Assembly: GCF_009914755.1 (NCBI RefSeq)
Contig: NC_060928.1
Origin: the human T2T-CHM13v2.0 reference genome, Homo sapiens
Direction: 5' to 3' (one strand)
Length of the DNA stretch: 64,000 nucleotides
Shown here in pieces: positions 13,631 through 28,324 of the stretch. The translations under genes were made by a program, and so were the position numbers. A model generated the notes under the pieces. The model saw only the letters and a list, made by a program, of their open reading frames with translations. It did not search any database and was not told the origin of the DNA. Position 1 is the first letter of the stretch, and every line of letters starts with the position of its first letter.

Positions 13631-16264
13631 AAAAGTCATCCAGCAGAATGTCTCTTCATCTCTAGAGGACTCACCCACTTCCTGGTTTCTCGACTGCTTC
13701 TGATATTTCTTCTCACCTAAGAAAGTAAAACACAGTGTACAGTGCATTTTAATGGAACAGAACATCCTAGGTGGAGACTGAGAGCCTGCTGGTGTTTATT
13801 GTTGCTGTTGTTTAACAGCTGATACAGGTATCTGGTGCGGCTGCTATGCTGCTCAGTTACCCTGAACACGTTATTGTTTTACTGTATTTATGACATGTCC
13901 ATTTTTTTTTTTTACTGTTAAGTACCTATGTGTGAATAAGTGTGAGAAAATGATTGCTTGTTGGTAGCATATAAATTCAGAGTCAGGAATAATGGTGATG
14001 CCAAACAACCACAGATTGTCCACATGGGTGACAGAGATAGGGACACCTTTACTTTCACCTTTGTGTACTTTCAATGTACACAGACTTTGTTTTATGCACA
14101 CAATTATTTAAAATATTGCATGAAATTACCTTCAGGTTATGCATATAAGGTATATATAAAACATGAATACATTTTGTGTTTAGACTTGGGCCCCATCCCC
14201 AAGATATCTCATTGTGAGTATATGTGTATGCAAATATTCCAAAATCTGAAAAGTTCTAAACTATGAAATACTTTCGTTCTTAAGCATTTTGGATAAGAGA
14301 TGCTCAATTTCATTTATGAGCTAACTGAGACAGATTTAAAATGGTTTACTAAAAGTTTTACAGTGAATTAATAGGAGAAATAGAGCGACTGGAACAAGTT
14401 CTCTTTTAGGGTCCCAGAAAAATCTGGAAAGATTATTTTGTTTAAAAGTATGAGAACATTACATGAGAAGTAGATTATTTGGTCATACAAGAAATCACTA
14501 GTAAGATACCACAATTAACATAACAGAAGGAAAACGGATGATTTATACTCATTAACTAATTTATGGATAAGTACAGGTGTTTTAAGGAGAAAATTATTTA
14601 TACAACATGGTTCACTTGTGATATACTGCAAATAACTAAGTTTCTTTCCTCAGAGCAGAAGAGAAAGGAACATTTTAAGTGGAAATAGGTCTCAGGTGTT
14701 AAGAAGGAAGAAAATGATTCTTCAGTATATACTTCATGTCTAAAGGCATAGTTGAAAACTTCCAAACAAAAATTTAATTGACCATAATTTTCCACACATA
14801 GATAAAAATCTAATCTAATAAATTTAGCAGCTATGCAAATATAGGTATGTATATGAACTTGTCTGATCTTATTTAAGTAAAGGAAGCACTTTTTTGTAAA
14901 TGACAATCTTTTGGGGTATGTAAAATTTATTATATTATCTTTTCTTCCCCAAGATGTTACACAAGTATCACTAGTTCCTGAGCACTGAGAAGGGTTTGAA
15001 GTCAGAGTTAGCACAAAAGCTGCATATTTGTGTTTTGGTTAATGTTGCTTAAATGCCATGTTCATTTTCTGGCCTTCAGACTCTTGTCCACTATCATACC
15101 AAAGCACTTGAGACTCTTTTAATAAGAAACAAATCATCTCATTCTTTGCACAGAGATAGAGTTTAAATGTTAACATCTCAGGGAAAAACAACAAATAGTG
15201 AATTAAATTTATTCTGAGCTGTAACATCTGATATTGGAATTTTCTAATAACAAGTGTTTTCTATGCTCAGCCCATGAAATATTTTGGAGGTCAGGGGCCC
15301 TAAGATTCACATACAGTTGGGTTTAACTCAGAGCACACATTCTTAGATGTGATAAAAATTTAGAGATCAATGCAATTTAGAGAGTAATGTCTAGCAGCAC
15401 AAAACCATCCCAAAGTTCAGAGTTTAGGCTAAAATGTGCTAGAAGATATGATTTCAACCTGAAGTCTAGATAAGGATTCCTTCTCCTTTCTCATTGTTCA
15501 AGAGATATGAGGTTATGCACTACCCTAATTTGATTCACAAGTCATGGGATCCATGAAGAACCTAGAATTGAGAGACAGGGAGAACACTCTCCTTCTCCCC
15601 ACTACCATCATGTTAGAAGATTTGACTTAGACAGACTTAATGGCTGGAAACAGGAATCAGAGAAGGGGTCATTGTCCTTCTTACTGATAAATTAGTTAGG
15701 AATTAACATAGTCAGCATGGAGCCTATTTCCTAATTTTGAGGTAAAATAACCACAGTGCAAATATAAACCAGATTTTATACAGCTGAGACTCCAACATGC
15801 ATGTTAAAGGGAAAATGAGATAATGAACAGAGTTAATGTATTCACTTCAATGTGTTCCTCTCATAGATAGGAACACAGAGCTTATTCTTAAGAGACCAGA
15901 TGAAGAAGAAGATATTAACATTCTTCTTTACCCAAAAAGTGAGGGAAAATATTGTTATGAATAAGATTAGGAAAAAATTGCTTAAAGTTAAATTTTCTTT
16001 CCTGCAGGCCTTCTCATAGACTATCATATGCTAAATTACTTTATGAATCTTCATGAGGAGGGTTATATTAAGGATCATGTTCAAACATATTTGGCCATGA
16101 AACTCTTTATTAATATCTCTCAGGAGTAGTGAACCAAGAGATTCAGTTCAGGAAACACTGATTACAAATGAGAACTAACCTCAGTGATGAAAAGGATGTA
16201 GAATGTGTGAGCTATCAATTCTTCTCACTCTGCAAGTTTTGCCTTCCTCAAAAAGCAAAGCACT

Positions 16265-17000
16265 GCAAGGAGGCTATTGCAACATCAATGCAAGAGATGA
16301 GGGTGTATCATGATCTTATCAAGTCCATTGAACTGGGAAACTCTAGGGCAACATTCTCATTGTATTTCAAATGAAAGTTGTACCCTGAAGTTGTGGAACA
16401 TGGAGGACCTGAGGGCAATAGTTGTAAAGGTGGTGAGAAGTTGCTGGATGTAAGGTGTATGTTGAAAGCTAAGCTAATAGAATTTGTTTTAACTTGGATT
16501 TTGGATGTGAGCCAAAGAGGAATAAAGGATGATCTATATGTTTTGGCAGAAGCATAAAGTGAATGGTCATCCATGAGAGAAGCGAGTTTTGGCTTGGAGG
16601 GAAATAGAATTCCATTTTGGACTTTATAAGTGTTAGATTCATACCTAAGTGTCAAGTGTCCAGTTTGACATGTCTCTGATCTGAGGGCATATGGAAGGGT
16701 TGGAGTGGTAAATTTGTGAATTATCAGATAGAAAATAGTATTTAAAGTTGTGGAAATAAATGTTATCATCTAGGGCATGGAGTATTTAAATGAAGGGTGA
16801 GTCAAGAGGACACTTAAACACATAAAAGTTAGGGCATGAGAAGAATTAATAAAATAAATATATATGCAATGGACCAATGTAGTAAGGAGATAAATTTAAA
16901 AGGTATGGTATCCTAGAAACCAAGCAGAAAAATATTTCAAGAATAAATAAGGAATCTAGTATGTCAACCAATGCTGAAAGTTAAATGGAAATTATTGATC
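16265..17000 (-). mobile_element. L2
   Basis: Purine-rich antisense L2: GAGGCTATTGCA...GGTGAGAAGTTGCTGGAT...TTCCATTTTGGAC...GTATTTAAAG. Confidence 0.65.
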
Positions 17001-17380
17001 ACATTAACAATCAAACGATGAGAAAGAAAGCACAGTATCAAGATAATTAGGTTGAAGAATATAGACAGCAAGTAAAGAGAAATCTTTGGAAAAATTTTGC
17101 CAGGAAGGGAGGCAAAGATTAAGGAAACAATGGTGAACCTAACGATTTATTTATTTTTTTAAATTAAAAAGGATTAAAGCATGCTTATATGCTGAAGGGA
17201 ATTATCCATTAAAAAGGGAGGAAATAATATTGCAGAATAAAGCAAAGCCCCTTTTTGAGTTTAGAAGGTATGGGGTTCCGTCCACAAGTCAGAGATTTGA
17301 TCTTAACCTGAAGAAGCAGTGGCAGATAGTGGTTAAAAACAACAGACTCCAATGCTAGATTACAGTCCCAGTTTCAAACG

Positions 17381-17695
17381 GGATACCACTATACACCTAT
17401 GCCTTAAATCCAAAATTCAGATAACACTGAATGCTGGTGAGGATGTGGAGAAACAGGCACTCTATTCATTGGGAATGCAAAATAATCCAGCCACTTTGGA
17501 AGACAGTTTTGCAGTTTCTTACAAAACTAACATAGCCTTATTACATGAGCCAGCAATTGTGCTCCTTGGTATTTGTCCAAATAAATAAAAAACATATGTT
17601 CACACAAAAACCTGCATACAAATGTTTATAGCAGCTTTATTCATAATACATGAATGGATAAATAAACTGTGGTACATCTATATGACAGAATATTG
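17381..17695 (+). mobile_element. L1M (MB/MC-like) ORF2-end/3'UTR fragment
   Basis: AATGCTGGTGAGGATGTGGAGAAAC...CACACAAAAACCTGCATACAAATGTTTATAGCAGCTTTATTCATAAT. Confidence 0.8.
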
Positions 17696-18968
17696 TATCC
17701 TGCCAATTATTTCTTTCCTTAGATGTTTCCCCAGGAATTAGAATATGTAGAACATGTATAACACTGGAACATCGGATATATATATAACAAAACAGTTGCT
17801 CCTCATTCCTTCCAGATGCAGTGCAGTCTGTATAAACGAAAACTAAATTAGACATGAGGCACTCCCTTTTCTGTTGGAAGAAAATGGCTGATGATGGACC
17901 ATTTTAAATGGGTTACCCTTATTGGTACACTAATGTCACTAAAATAATAATACCAATAAATCTGGAGACTTCAACATTTGGCCAAGATGGAGTAAGAAAG
18001 ACTGAATTTGCTCTCCTGAGTAAAACAACACATAAATGAATACAATTAATAAAAACATGCTATTTACAGTACTGGACATCAGAGAAAGAACACTGATCTC
18101 TGAGAGGCAAAAAAACAAAAAACAAACAAACAAAAAAAAACAAACAAACAAGGCAAACTAAGCAATTAACTCAGGTTACTGCATAATTTAGTTTTCAGCT
18201 GTAGTGCAATGCAGATAAACCCAGACAAAGTGCTGTGGAGTCCCTGAGTTGAGGAGACAGAGCTAAGAGTCCATAGAAACCAAGGCAGCTGGAGTTTCCA
18301 AGCCAAAGTAATAGAAGAAAACTAAGCGAATAGAGGACTGTAGAAACACATGGAAATGTCTTTATGTATTCAGCAGAGTATTGATCAAAAAATGTGTGCA
18401 TGTGAGGAAACTTCCTAAGGCTGGGGAAAGAGTCATAAACAAGAATTAAAGAGCAGGAATAGTGTCTGCAGAACTAACCAAATTGAAAATCCTCAAATTA
18501 ATGGGACATTGGGTACAGTACTCAAATAGGCCTTGCCTCTGGAGAGTTCTGGACTAATCACAGCCCTGGTTCTACCTAAAAAACTGAAAACATAAAAGGA
18601 TCAAACTGTTTTTAAGTAACATAACTATATCCCCCAACAAAGCACAAATATATGTATAGGATTATAAAAACATAAAGTTCTCCAAAGAGAAAACCACAAT
18701 GTTTGGCACCCAATTAAAAACAATCAGGCTTGTAAAAAAGTAGGAAAATGTGAAATATGATGAGAAGAAGAATCAATCAAAAATGATCCAGAAATGGCAC
18801 AGATGTGATAGTGAGCACAAGGATATTAAAAACAGTTATGCTACTTACATTCTATGTTAAAAAAAGAAAAAAAAGAAATTTAAGTAGAGATAAATAGAAC
18901 AAATTATAAAAACTACATATTCTGAGATGAAAACTTTTACTGGATAGGATTAAGAATAGATTAAAATT

Positions 18969-19256
<288 letters not shown>

Positions 19257-19336
19257 AAGAATAGATTAAATTTTTCAGAGGAAAAGGTTAGTAAACTGAA
19301 AGACATAGCAATAAAAAATATCAAGAATAAAACTTA

Positions 19337-19965
<629 letters not shown>

Positions 19966-20929
19966 TCAAATTCAGAGAATCAAAGATAAGATTGACAACA
20001 TATTTTGCATAGGAACCAATGCAACCAAGAGGTCAGTGGAGCAATATCCTTAAAGCAGCAAAAGAAAATCTGTCAACCTAGAATTCTGTATACCTAGCAA
20101 CAGTATCTTTAAAAACCTAAGATGAAATAAAGATTTTTTAGATATGCAAAAGCTGAAAGAATTAATGATCAGCATACCCACATTTTAAGAAATTTTGAAA
20201 GTCAAGCAAAAAGATGATACTGAATTAAAACATGGATTTTTTTCACTCACAGGAATGAAGAGAAGATGCTAATTACATGGATCAATATGTAGGTTTTTAT
20301 TATTTAGATCTTTCAAAGGTAATGGGTATCCAAATAAAAATAATAACAATCTATTCTAGATGTTCTAAAATACATGAAGTCAAAATTTGTGACAAATAGC
20401 ACAAAAGCTGGAAGAGGAAATATGAGTGTAACATTTTTAAGTTAAATATGATGTGAAATAATAGCTCATGAAGGTAGACTATAATAGTTATAATGGCTGT
20501 ATTTTAAATACCCCAAACAACACCTGAAATAACCAAACAAAGGAGATAAAATGGCATTATAAAAAGTACTTAATCCAAAAGAAGGCAGGAAAAATGGGAA
20601 AAAGGAAATAAAGAACACATAGAAAAATAGAAAATAAATAGCAAGATGATAGATTTAAACCTAACCATATTAATAATCATATTAAATGTAAATGTTCTAA
20701 ATACCATAAATCAAAGTCAGAGTTTGTCAGGTTGAATAAAAAGCTAGACCTATTATCCGTAATATCCCCTTACTATACTTACATAATATTATATGTAAAG
20801 TCTATAATTATGTCATTGCTCTCATTCCTGATATTTGTACTTTCATATCGTTTCCCTATATTTTTCTTGATTCAATCTGCAAGTCCTATAGCTGCAAGGA
20901 ACTGAATACTTCAAACGGTAATTGGTATT

Positions 20930-21892
20930 CATAAGTACTGCTGGTGAGAATGTAAATGGTACAACATATTTGTAAACCAGTTTGACAATAAAACAGCTAT
21001 CAAATGATTCAGTCATTCCACTCCCAAGTATTTTCTCAAGATAAAGGAAAATATATGCTCCTACTAAGAACTGTACGTGAATAGTCATAGCAACTTTATT
21101 GTAATAATAAAAAAGTCGATACAATCCAAGTGTCCATCGGCATCTCCATGGTTAAACCCATTGTTATATCCCCACATAAAAGAACACTTCTTAGCAATAC
21201 AGAAGAATGGACTATCAATATACATTATAAAATAAATCAGTCTCAAAATCATTATGCTAAGTGTAGGAACTCAGGCCACATAAAAAAATTATTTTATTAA
21301 TGGATTAATATAAAATTCTAGGAAATGCAAGGTATAGTGACCAAATACAGATCAGAAGTTTTCTAGAGACAGGGAAGGCTGTGGTAGAATGAAGTGGGCA
21401 GGAGGTAGGAATTAAGAAGCGGGGGCAAGGAAGCGTTGGGGATTGACAGATATGTTCTTTCATTTTTTTTTAGATGGAGTCTCACTCTGTCACCAGGCTG
21501 GAGTGCAGTGGCGAGATCTCGGCTCACTGCAACCTCTGACTCCCTGGTTCAAGTGATTCTCCTGCCTCAGCCTTTCTAGTAGCTGGGACTACAGGTGCGC
21601 GCCACCATGCCCACCTAATTTTTGTATTTTTAGTAGAGACAGGATTTAACCATGTTGACCAGGATGGTCTCAATCTCTTGACCTCCAGTGATCCCCTCGC
21701 TTCGGCCTCCCAAAGTGTTGGGATTACAGGCATGTGGCACCATGCCTGGTGGACAGATATGTTCTTTTTCTGATTCTGGTGATGGTTTCATGAAATATAC
21801 ACATGTCAAAATGTTTCAATTTGTATACTTAAATATATGCAGCCAACTGTATTACAACTTTGAGTTTATAAAACTGTTTATAAACAAATAAA
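20930..21892 (+). mobile_element. L1ME-like 3' end (contains an Alu)
   Basis: CTGCTGGTGAGAATGTAAATGGTACAAC...TCTCAAAATCATTATGCTAAGTG...GGTGATGGTTTCATG. Confidence 0.75.
21461..21750 (-). mobile_element. AluSc-like
   Basis: GGATGGTCTCAATCTCTTGACCTC; TSD GACAGATATGTTCTTT at 21445 and 21752. Confidence 0.93.
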
Positions 21893-23702
21893 GCCTTTTT
21901 GTTTCAATCCCTGAACTGTCTGTTTTCCTGTTTCGGGAATAGATTCTTGAACTCTGCAAAGACATAATACAAGTACAATAACTTGACCTATATCAAAATT
22001 AGCCTTGACCTTGTTCATTGGTGAAAAGCTACTATTTGCTTTTGGCCTTTGGCTTAGCCTTGGGAACTCATAAGCTGAATGCCTGTCTTATTTATTTACC
22101 TGAACTTATACTGCATGTTGAATGATTGTAAAATCCTTGCAATCTTTTAGGTTGCCATCAAATTGAATCTCAGGAACAAGAACAAGATGTGTCATGAAGA
22201 TTTATTGTTAATATCTGACTACTCACTTTCAAATTTAGGTACACATTCTAGATAGATGCACCTTGAAATGTGTTTCATGTATTGGAATTTTATCAGTCAG
22301 TTGAAGAATATATAAATATCATCTTAAGGGTAAAATTGATAATAATTAATGATAATTATGAAAGCTATTCATTTTATGTACAAATCAATTCTTGAGAACT
22401 TTCAGGTAGTCAAATAAATACAGTGGCAGTTAATTGGTATATAATGAAAAGTAACATAGATGAAAATTCAGTTCTCGTTATCATGAAATTCAATTTAATC
22501 GTACTTTGGAACATTGCTATATTCAAGATCTATTGGCAATTTCTTCCAAAATGTATGTGAAACAGTAAATTCAAGAAGATAGTAATCTGAGTGAGGGCAA
22601 TAACTTTAAATTTCCTTCCGAAAATACTTCAAACGCATGTACATCAACAAGGCAGAAAGCTTCAATGTGTGGGATTGCTACAAAGAAATTGCGTCATTAT
22701 CATCAACCCAACAATTTTTATCTCTCAGAATTAGAAGAGAAACAAGTTTACATCAGTCTCTACTTTTGCATAGAGGAAAGGAATATAGCATTTTTATAAA
22801 AACATCAAGAAATGTACTCTGCTTGAAGATTCATGACCTTTGGAAAATTACTGGTTTACGTTCTGCAAAACCACAGGCCAATAATGTAGATTTGTTTTAA
22901 CGATGAATTTAATGTTATGCCAAAAATTTCTTCATTTCTTGTTTCATATCTCACAATTTTATGAATTGCCATTTGATACGTTTCTCAACATTCTCTCAGT
23001 CAATATTCCAATTAGCAGTAATAGATTTTAAATAACATTTTCCCCTGGTACACATCTCCCCTGAGAAAAATTATAGACATCTATAACATAAGATTCTGTC
23101 TCCAACTATCATGAAGAAGTAGATAATAGCATAGAGGCAAATATTATTTGACGTATGACTAATACTTACTTTTGTCCCTGAGCTACATCTAACTCAAAGT
23201 ACAACTGATCTTTTCTTGCATGGGGGACCTTCTGCGAGCCTGCCACATGTTTAGATAAAAATTTTATCTTGGTTGCCTCCCTCACCACATCAAGTTAGAC
23301 AGAAGCACACCTGCAATAGAGTATTTCTAGAGTTCATGAGGATCTGGGGAAGGAAGAGTTGCTATTGCTTCAAAGGTTGGAGCATTAAGTTTCAAAGTTC
23401 CTGAAATAGGAAGCCAGAATTCCAGGAAAGGTTCTCTCTGACAATTCTTCAAAATACTCTTCTCTCCCACCCCTTCTGGCTTGGGGTATGGTAGGCACAT
23501 GTGTGCTCACACACATACTAACAGTCGAAAGAAATATGCCTGGCAGATGTCCTTGACCATTTTGGGGCCCTTGATTCAGTGTGCCTAAACTGAATGAATG
23601 TATCCTGACTACATGAGGTCTGCTATGTGTCAGATGTGGGTGGCCAGATGGTTACAGTTCTTCTGTTTATAATGTCAACTGCTCACTCTTCAAAAAGACC
23701 AC

Positions 23703-24225
23703 TGTAATAGCCTACGGGTAAGCACAGCTATGCTTATTAGCCTTCTGCAGTAGGGAAAGCATCACCTATACAGTCTAGTTTGTTTCTCAATAGGGAGATT
23801 AGAGATGAGTTAACAATAGGATTTGGAGATTAAAGATCAAGTAGTTTAAGGAGGACTTTCCATGTAAGGATCTGATTGAGACAGGGCAAATTCATCAATC
23901 ATATAGTTGTTTAGAATTGGTGGACATAATGAGGTGATCTTGAAGTATGTCTTGATAGGTAAACAGCTGCTTGATAGTAAGCTGTTAGCTCAGATGAGCA
24001 AACTATTGTGAGAATAGGACCATTTATAGTTCTGTAGTTCAAATAAGTCAGAGAATAATTTATATAGTTAAAATAAACTGACTTTCAAGAATTTTCTGAA
24101 GCAAACTGTAAAACTATTTATATTATATTTCCTACAATACATTGTAAAGTTATGTTGACACAGTTGGCCTAAGTCCTCAGTCCTGACAGTTCAACCAAAT
24201 GGATATTGGTGGCTTCAGTTCTCAT
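23703..24225 (-). mobile_element. probable old ERV solo LTR, family uncertain
   Basis: TG...CA-bounded ~520 bp block whose minus strand starts TGAGAACTGAAGCC; no clean TSD. Confidence 0.4.
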
Positions 24226-24241
24226 GACCAATTCATCGTGA

Positions 24242-24695
<454 letters not shown>

Positions 24696-24774
24696 TAGTC
24701 ATTTCTTAGTGGAGAACACTTTATGTTATTGCTAATTCTTTCACTCTCTTTCATTGCTTTCTTACTCAGTGAGA

Positions 24775-24970
24775 TACAGCAGAATACAATGGTTCATACG
24801 TGGGCTCAAGTGACAGATTTCCCCACTGTGTGTTCTGTGTAGCCTTGGGCAAAGTTACTTAGATACTCCACGCTTCACTTTCCGCAAAATCATGATGGTG
24901 GAGGGTTGATATGAGAATCAAATAAGTTAACGTAGGTAAAGATCTCAGAACAGAGCCTGGCACGTAGTGT
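24775..24970 (+). mobile_element. MIR
   Basis: CCTTGGGCAAAGTTACTTA...GTAAAGATCTCAGAACAGAGCCTGGCACGTAGT. Confidence 0.75.
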
Positions 24971-26693
24971 TGACTTTTATCACAATGCTGATTATTTCAA
25001 AGCATTGCTGTGATGCTTAATTAAATGAAAGAAAATGTATAAAGCAACTAGAACAGTGGAAATAATAAAAAGTGTTGACTATTACATTATGTGTAGCTAA
25101 TTAATGTGTATTAGCTCTTTTTGATTGTATGTAATGCTATCCAGAAATCAGTGCAGAAGGGCAGGGGAGGCTTTTAAATTATAAGGGGCAAGTATTCTTT
25201 TATTTTAAAATTACTTAGGATAACATACAGGAATATACTTGGCACGTAATATATGCCAATACGATGTTTTCATGTTATGGAAGAAAGGATTTAGAATCAG
25301 ATAACCATAAGTCTGAATTTCTGTATTTTGAGAACTTACACATCAAAAAGTTAATATCTCAGCCTCATGAACTTCCTATAGATGGGCATAGTAACATCAA
25401 ATTCATAGACTTGTTGCCAGAATTCAATGAAATAATGCATAGAATTGTACAGAGCATAAGGTTGTAGAAAAATACTATTTCCTTTTTGCCTCCTCTTCCT
25501 TTTACCTCAATAGTCTTCATTTAAATTTTCTGTAAAGTCAAAAAGTCAAATTAGATTATCTTTCAGCTCTAAAATTTTCTCATTCTATACTTACACTTAG
25601 AACGATTTCTTCTTTCTCTTAACTTTCAGAGAAGCCCTTTAAATCTGTGTTACCTTGAGCCATTTAGCACTGAAATATATGTGGCCTGGGTTCATTCTCT
25701 AGTAATGAGAATCTCATATCTTTCCCAAAGGCAGGCACTATATTGCGGGTTTCTCATGTATAGTTTACCATGCCAAGCAATGCTGAGCATGCACTTGTCA
25801 ATAAGTACCCATTGGCTTGTTCAGTATTATAAATCCATACACAGTGAATCAGCATCTACTGAAAGGTACAAATACTTTGAAGTGTCATTAGTGCTATATA
25901 AGTGAAAGATTCATTTCATTGTGTTCTAGACACTTGAACACTTTCCTTGGGTCATTGAACATATTTAATGTATTCACTTAAAAGCACAGCAAGAGTACTT
26001 CTTTTCAAGGTCTTAGTGATAGATTTTAATGAAGAGTATAATGAAGGAGTCTATGGGGCTGAGCCTGCAGCAGGAGATAATAGAATGCAGCTGAATACAT
26101 TACAGCATAGTCTCCAAGGCTTCAAACTCCCAGCTTAAATGATGTTATATAATTTTATTCTACTCAAGCTTGGGTAGAAATTTCTCATTTCAAAAGTGAC
26201 TGAGGTTGGTGTTTTTGATAAATGGTATCTTAGCTCTCATTTCCCAACATCCTCTCTTCCTAAGCTAAAAATAAAAATGAAATACAAGAGATAAATAACG
26301 AATCTTACTGATATATAGAATGATGCTTTCATTGTTTCAGACCAGGGGAGTGGAGGAGTCCAAGAGGCTAGGGGTAATGGTAGGTTCCAGATATATTTCC
26401 TTTAATCTTGTACCAATAGTTCCATTTTTTTTCTCATTTTCTCAATACTTTATTTCTAATGCTGAATCTTTTTCATTACGCTTGATATCTGAATGTGGTC
26501 ATAAATCTTACTACATAGCACCTAAAAATTCCTGTCAAAGTGATTATTATTTTAAAATAATAAAATGTAGCCAAAGAAAACTTTTATTATTTACTAATAA
26601 AATTATTGCAAAACATAGATTGGGTGTAAAGTTATATTTTTCTAAAAATAGTTTTTGATATCACATAATGATGAATATTATCTTAAATTTGAC

Positions 26694-28275
26694 ATCATGA
26701 AGAAATATAAAATCTGAGCAGACCAATAATGAGTAACAACATGAAATCAGTAATAAAAATCCCCAATCAAAGAAGAGTTCAGGACCCTATGGCATCACTT
26801 TTGAATTTTACTAAACATTTAAAGAAGAACTAATACCAATCTACTCAAACAATTCCCCAAAATTAATGACTTGGGAATACTTCCAAGTTTCTTCAATGAG
26901 GCCAGCATTACTCTAATACCAAAACCATACAAGGCCCAAACAAAAAAAGAAAACTATAGACCAGTATCCCTAATGAATATAGATGCCAGATCTGCAACAA
27001 GATGCCAGGCAACTGAATTCAACAGCACATTAAAATGATCATTCATCGTGATGGGGTAGGATTCATCCCATGGATGCAAGGATGGTTCAACATACACAAA
27101 TCAATAAATATAATATGTCACATTAATGGAACGAAGGGGAAAAACCATATGATCATTTTAATAGATGCAGAAAAAGCATTTGACAAAATTCAACATCCCT
27201 TCCTGATAAGAACTCTCAACAAATTAGGTATAGAAGATAAGTGGTCAACAGGTATATGAAAAAATGCTCAACATCTCAAACCATTAGATAAATGCAAATC
27301 AAAACCACAATGAAATATCACTTCACCCCAGTTAGAATGGTATATTAGCCCATTCTGCCATAAAGATACTACCCAATACTGGGTAATTTATAAACGAAAG
27401 AGGTTTAATTGACTCGCAGTTTTGCATGGCTGTGGAAGCCTCAGGAAACTTACAATCATGGCAGAAGGGGAAGCAGGCATATCTTACATGGGGCAGGCAA
27501 GAGGAAGTGTGTGTGAGCGCAGGAAAAACTACCGTTTATAAAACCATCAGATCTTGTTAGAATTCACTCACTATCATGAGAACAACAGCATGGGGGAAAC
27601 TGCCTCCATAATCCAATCACTTCCCTCCTTCAACACATGGGGATTACATGTCCCTTTCTGGACATCTAGGAATTACAATTAGAGATGAGATTTGGGTGGG
27701 AACACAGAGCCAAACCATATCAAATGGCTACTACCAAAAATACAAAAAATAACAAATAATGGCATAGATATGGAGAAAGGGGAACACTTAAACATTGTTG
27801 GTGGGAATGTAAATTAAATATTAGCCATTATGGAGTCTGATTATGGATGTCCCTCAAAAAACTAAAAACAGAACTACCATAAAATTCTGCAATTCTACTA
27901 CTGGACCCAAAATGATCCAAAAATCATTTTGTCAAAGAGATATCTGTACTCTCATGTTTATTGCAGCAGTAGTCACAATAGCCAAGATATGGAACCAACC
28001 TAGGTGTTCAACAATACCTAGGTTGATGAATACGTAAAGAAAATGTGGTAGATACACAATTGAACATCATTTAGCCATTAAAAATTGAATGAAATCCTGT
28101 CCCATGTGGTGAAACGGATAAACCTGAAGAGCAATATGTTAAGTGAAATAAGCCAGACACAGAAAGACAAATACCACATGACCTCATTCATATGTGGAAT
28201 CTAAAAGAGTTGATCTCATAGAAATAGAGAGTAGAAAGATAGTTAACAGGGCATGGAAAGGGTATGGGTAGAAAG
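26694..28275 (+). mobile_element. L1MA-like ORF2 and 3'UTR with internal deletion, interrupted by THE1
   Basis: ORF 27035..27259 gives L1 RT N-terminus [15 protein letters not shown]...[13 protein letters not shown]; 3'UTR GTTGATCTCATAGAAATAGAGAGTAGAA. Confidence 0.88.
27341..27722 (-). mobile_element. THE1D-like solo LTR
   Basis: GAGATTTGGGTGGGAACACAGAGCCAAACCATATCA end; 5 bp TSD AATGG. Confidence 0.9.
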
Positions 28276-28324
28276 AGCATAGGAATTTATTTATTTTTTT
28301 TTTACAATATAGTTCAACAGCCCA

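Noticed and set aside
14598-15014. 138 aa minus-strand ORF
   Set aside because: No ATG start, AT-driven composition, no recognisable domain
16308-16769. 153 aa minus-strand ORF
   Set aside because: Lies within a decayed L2
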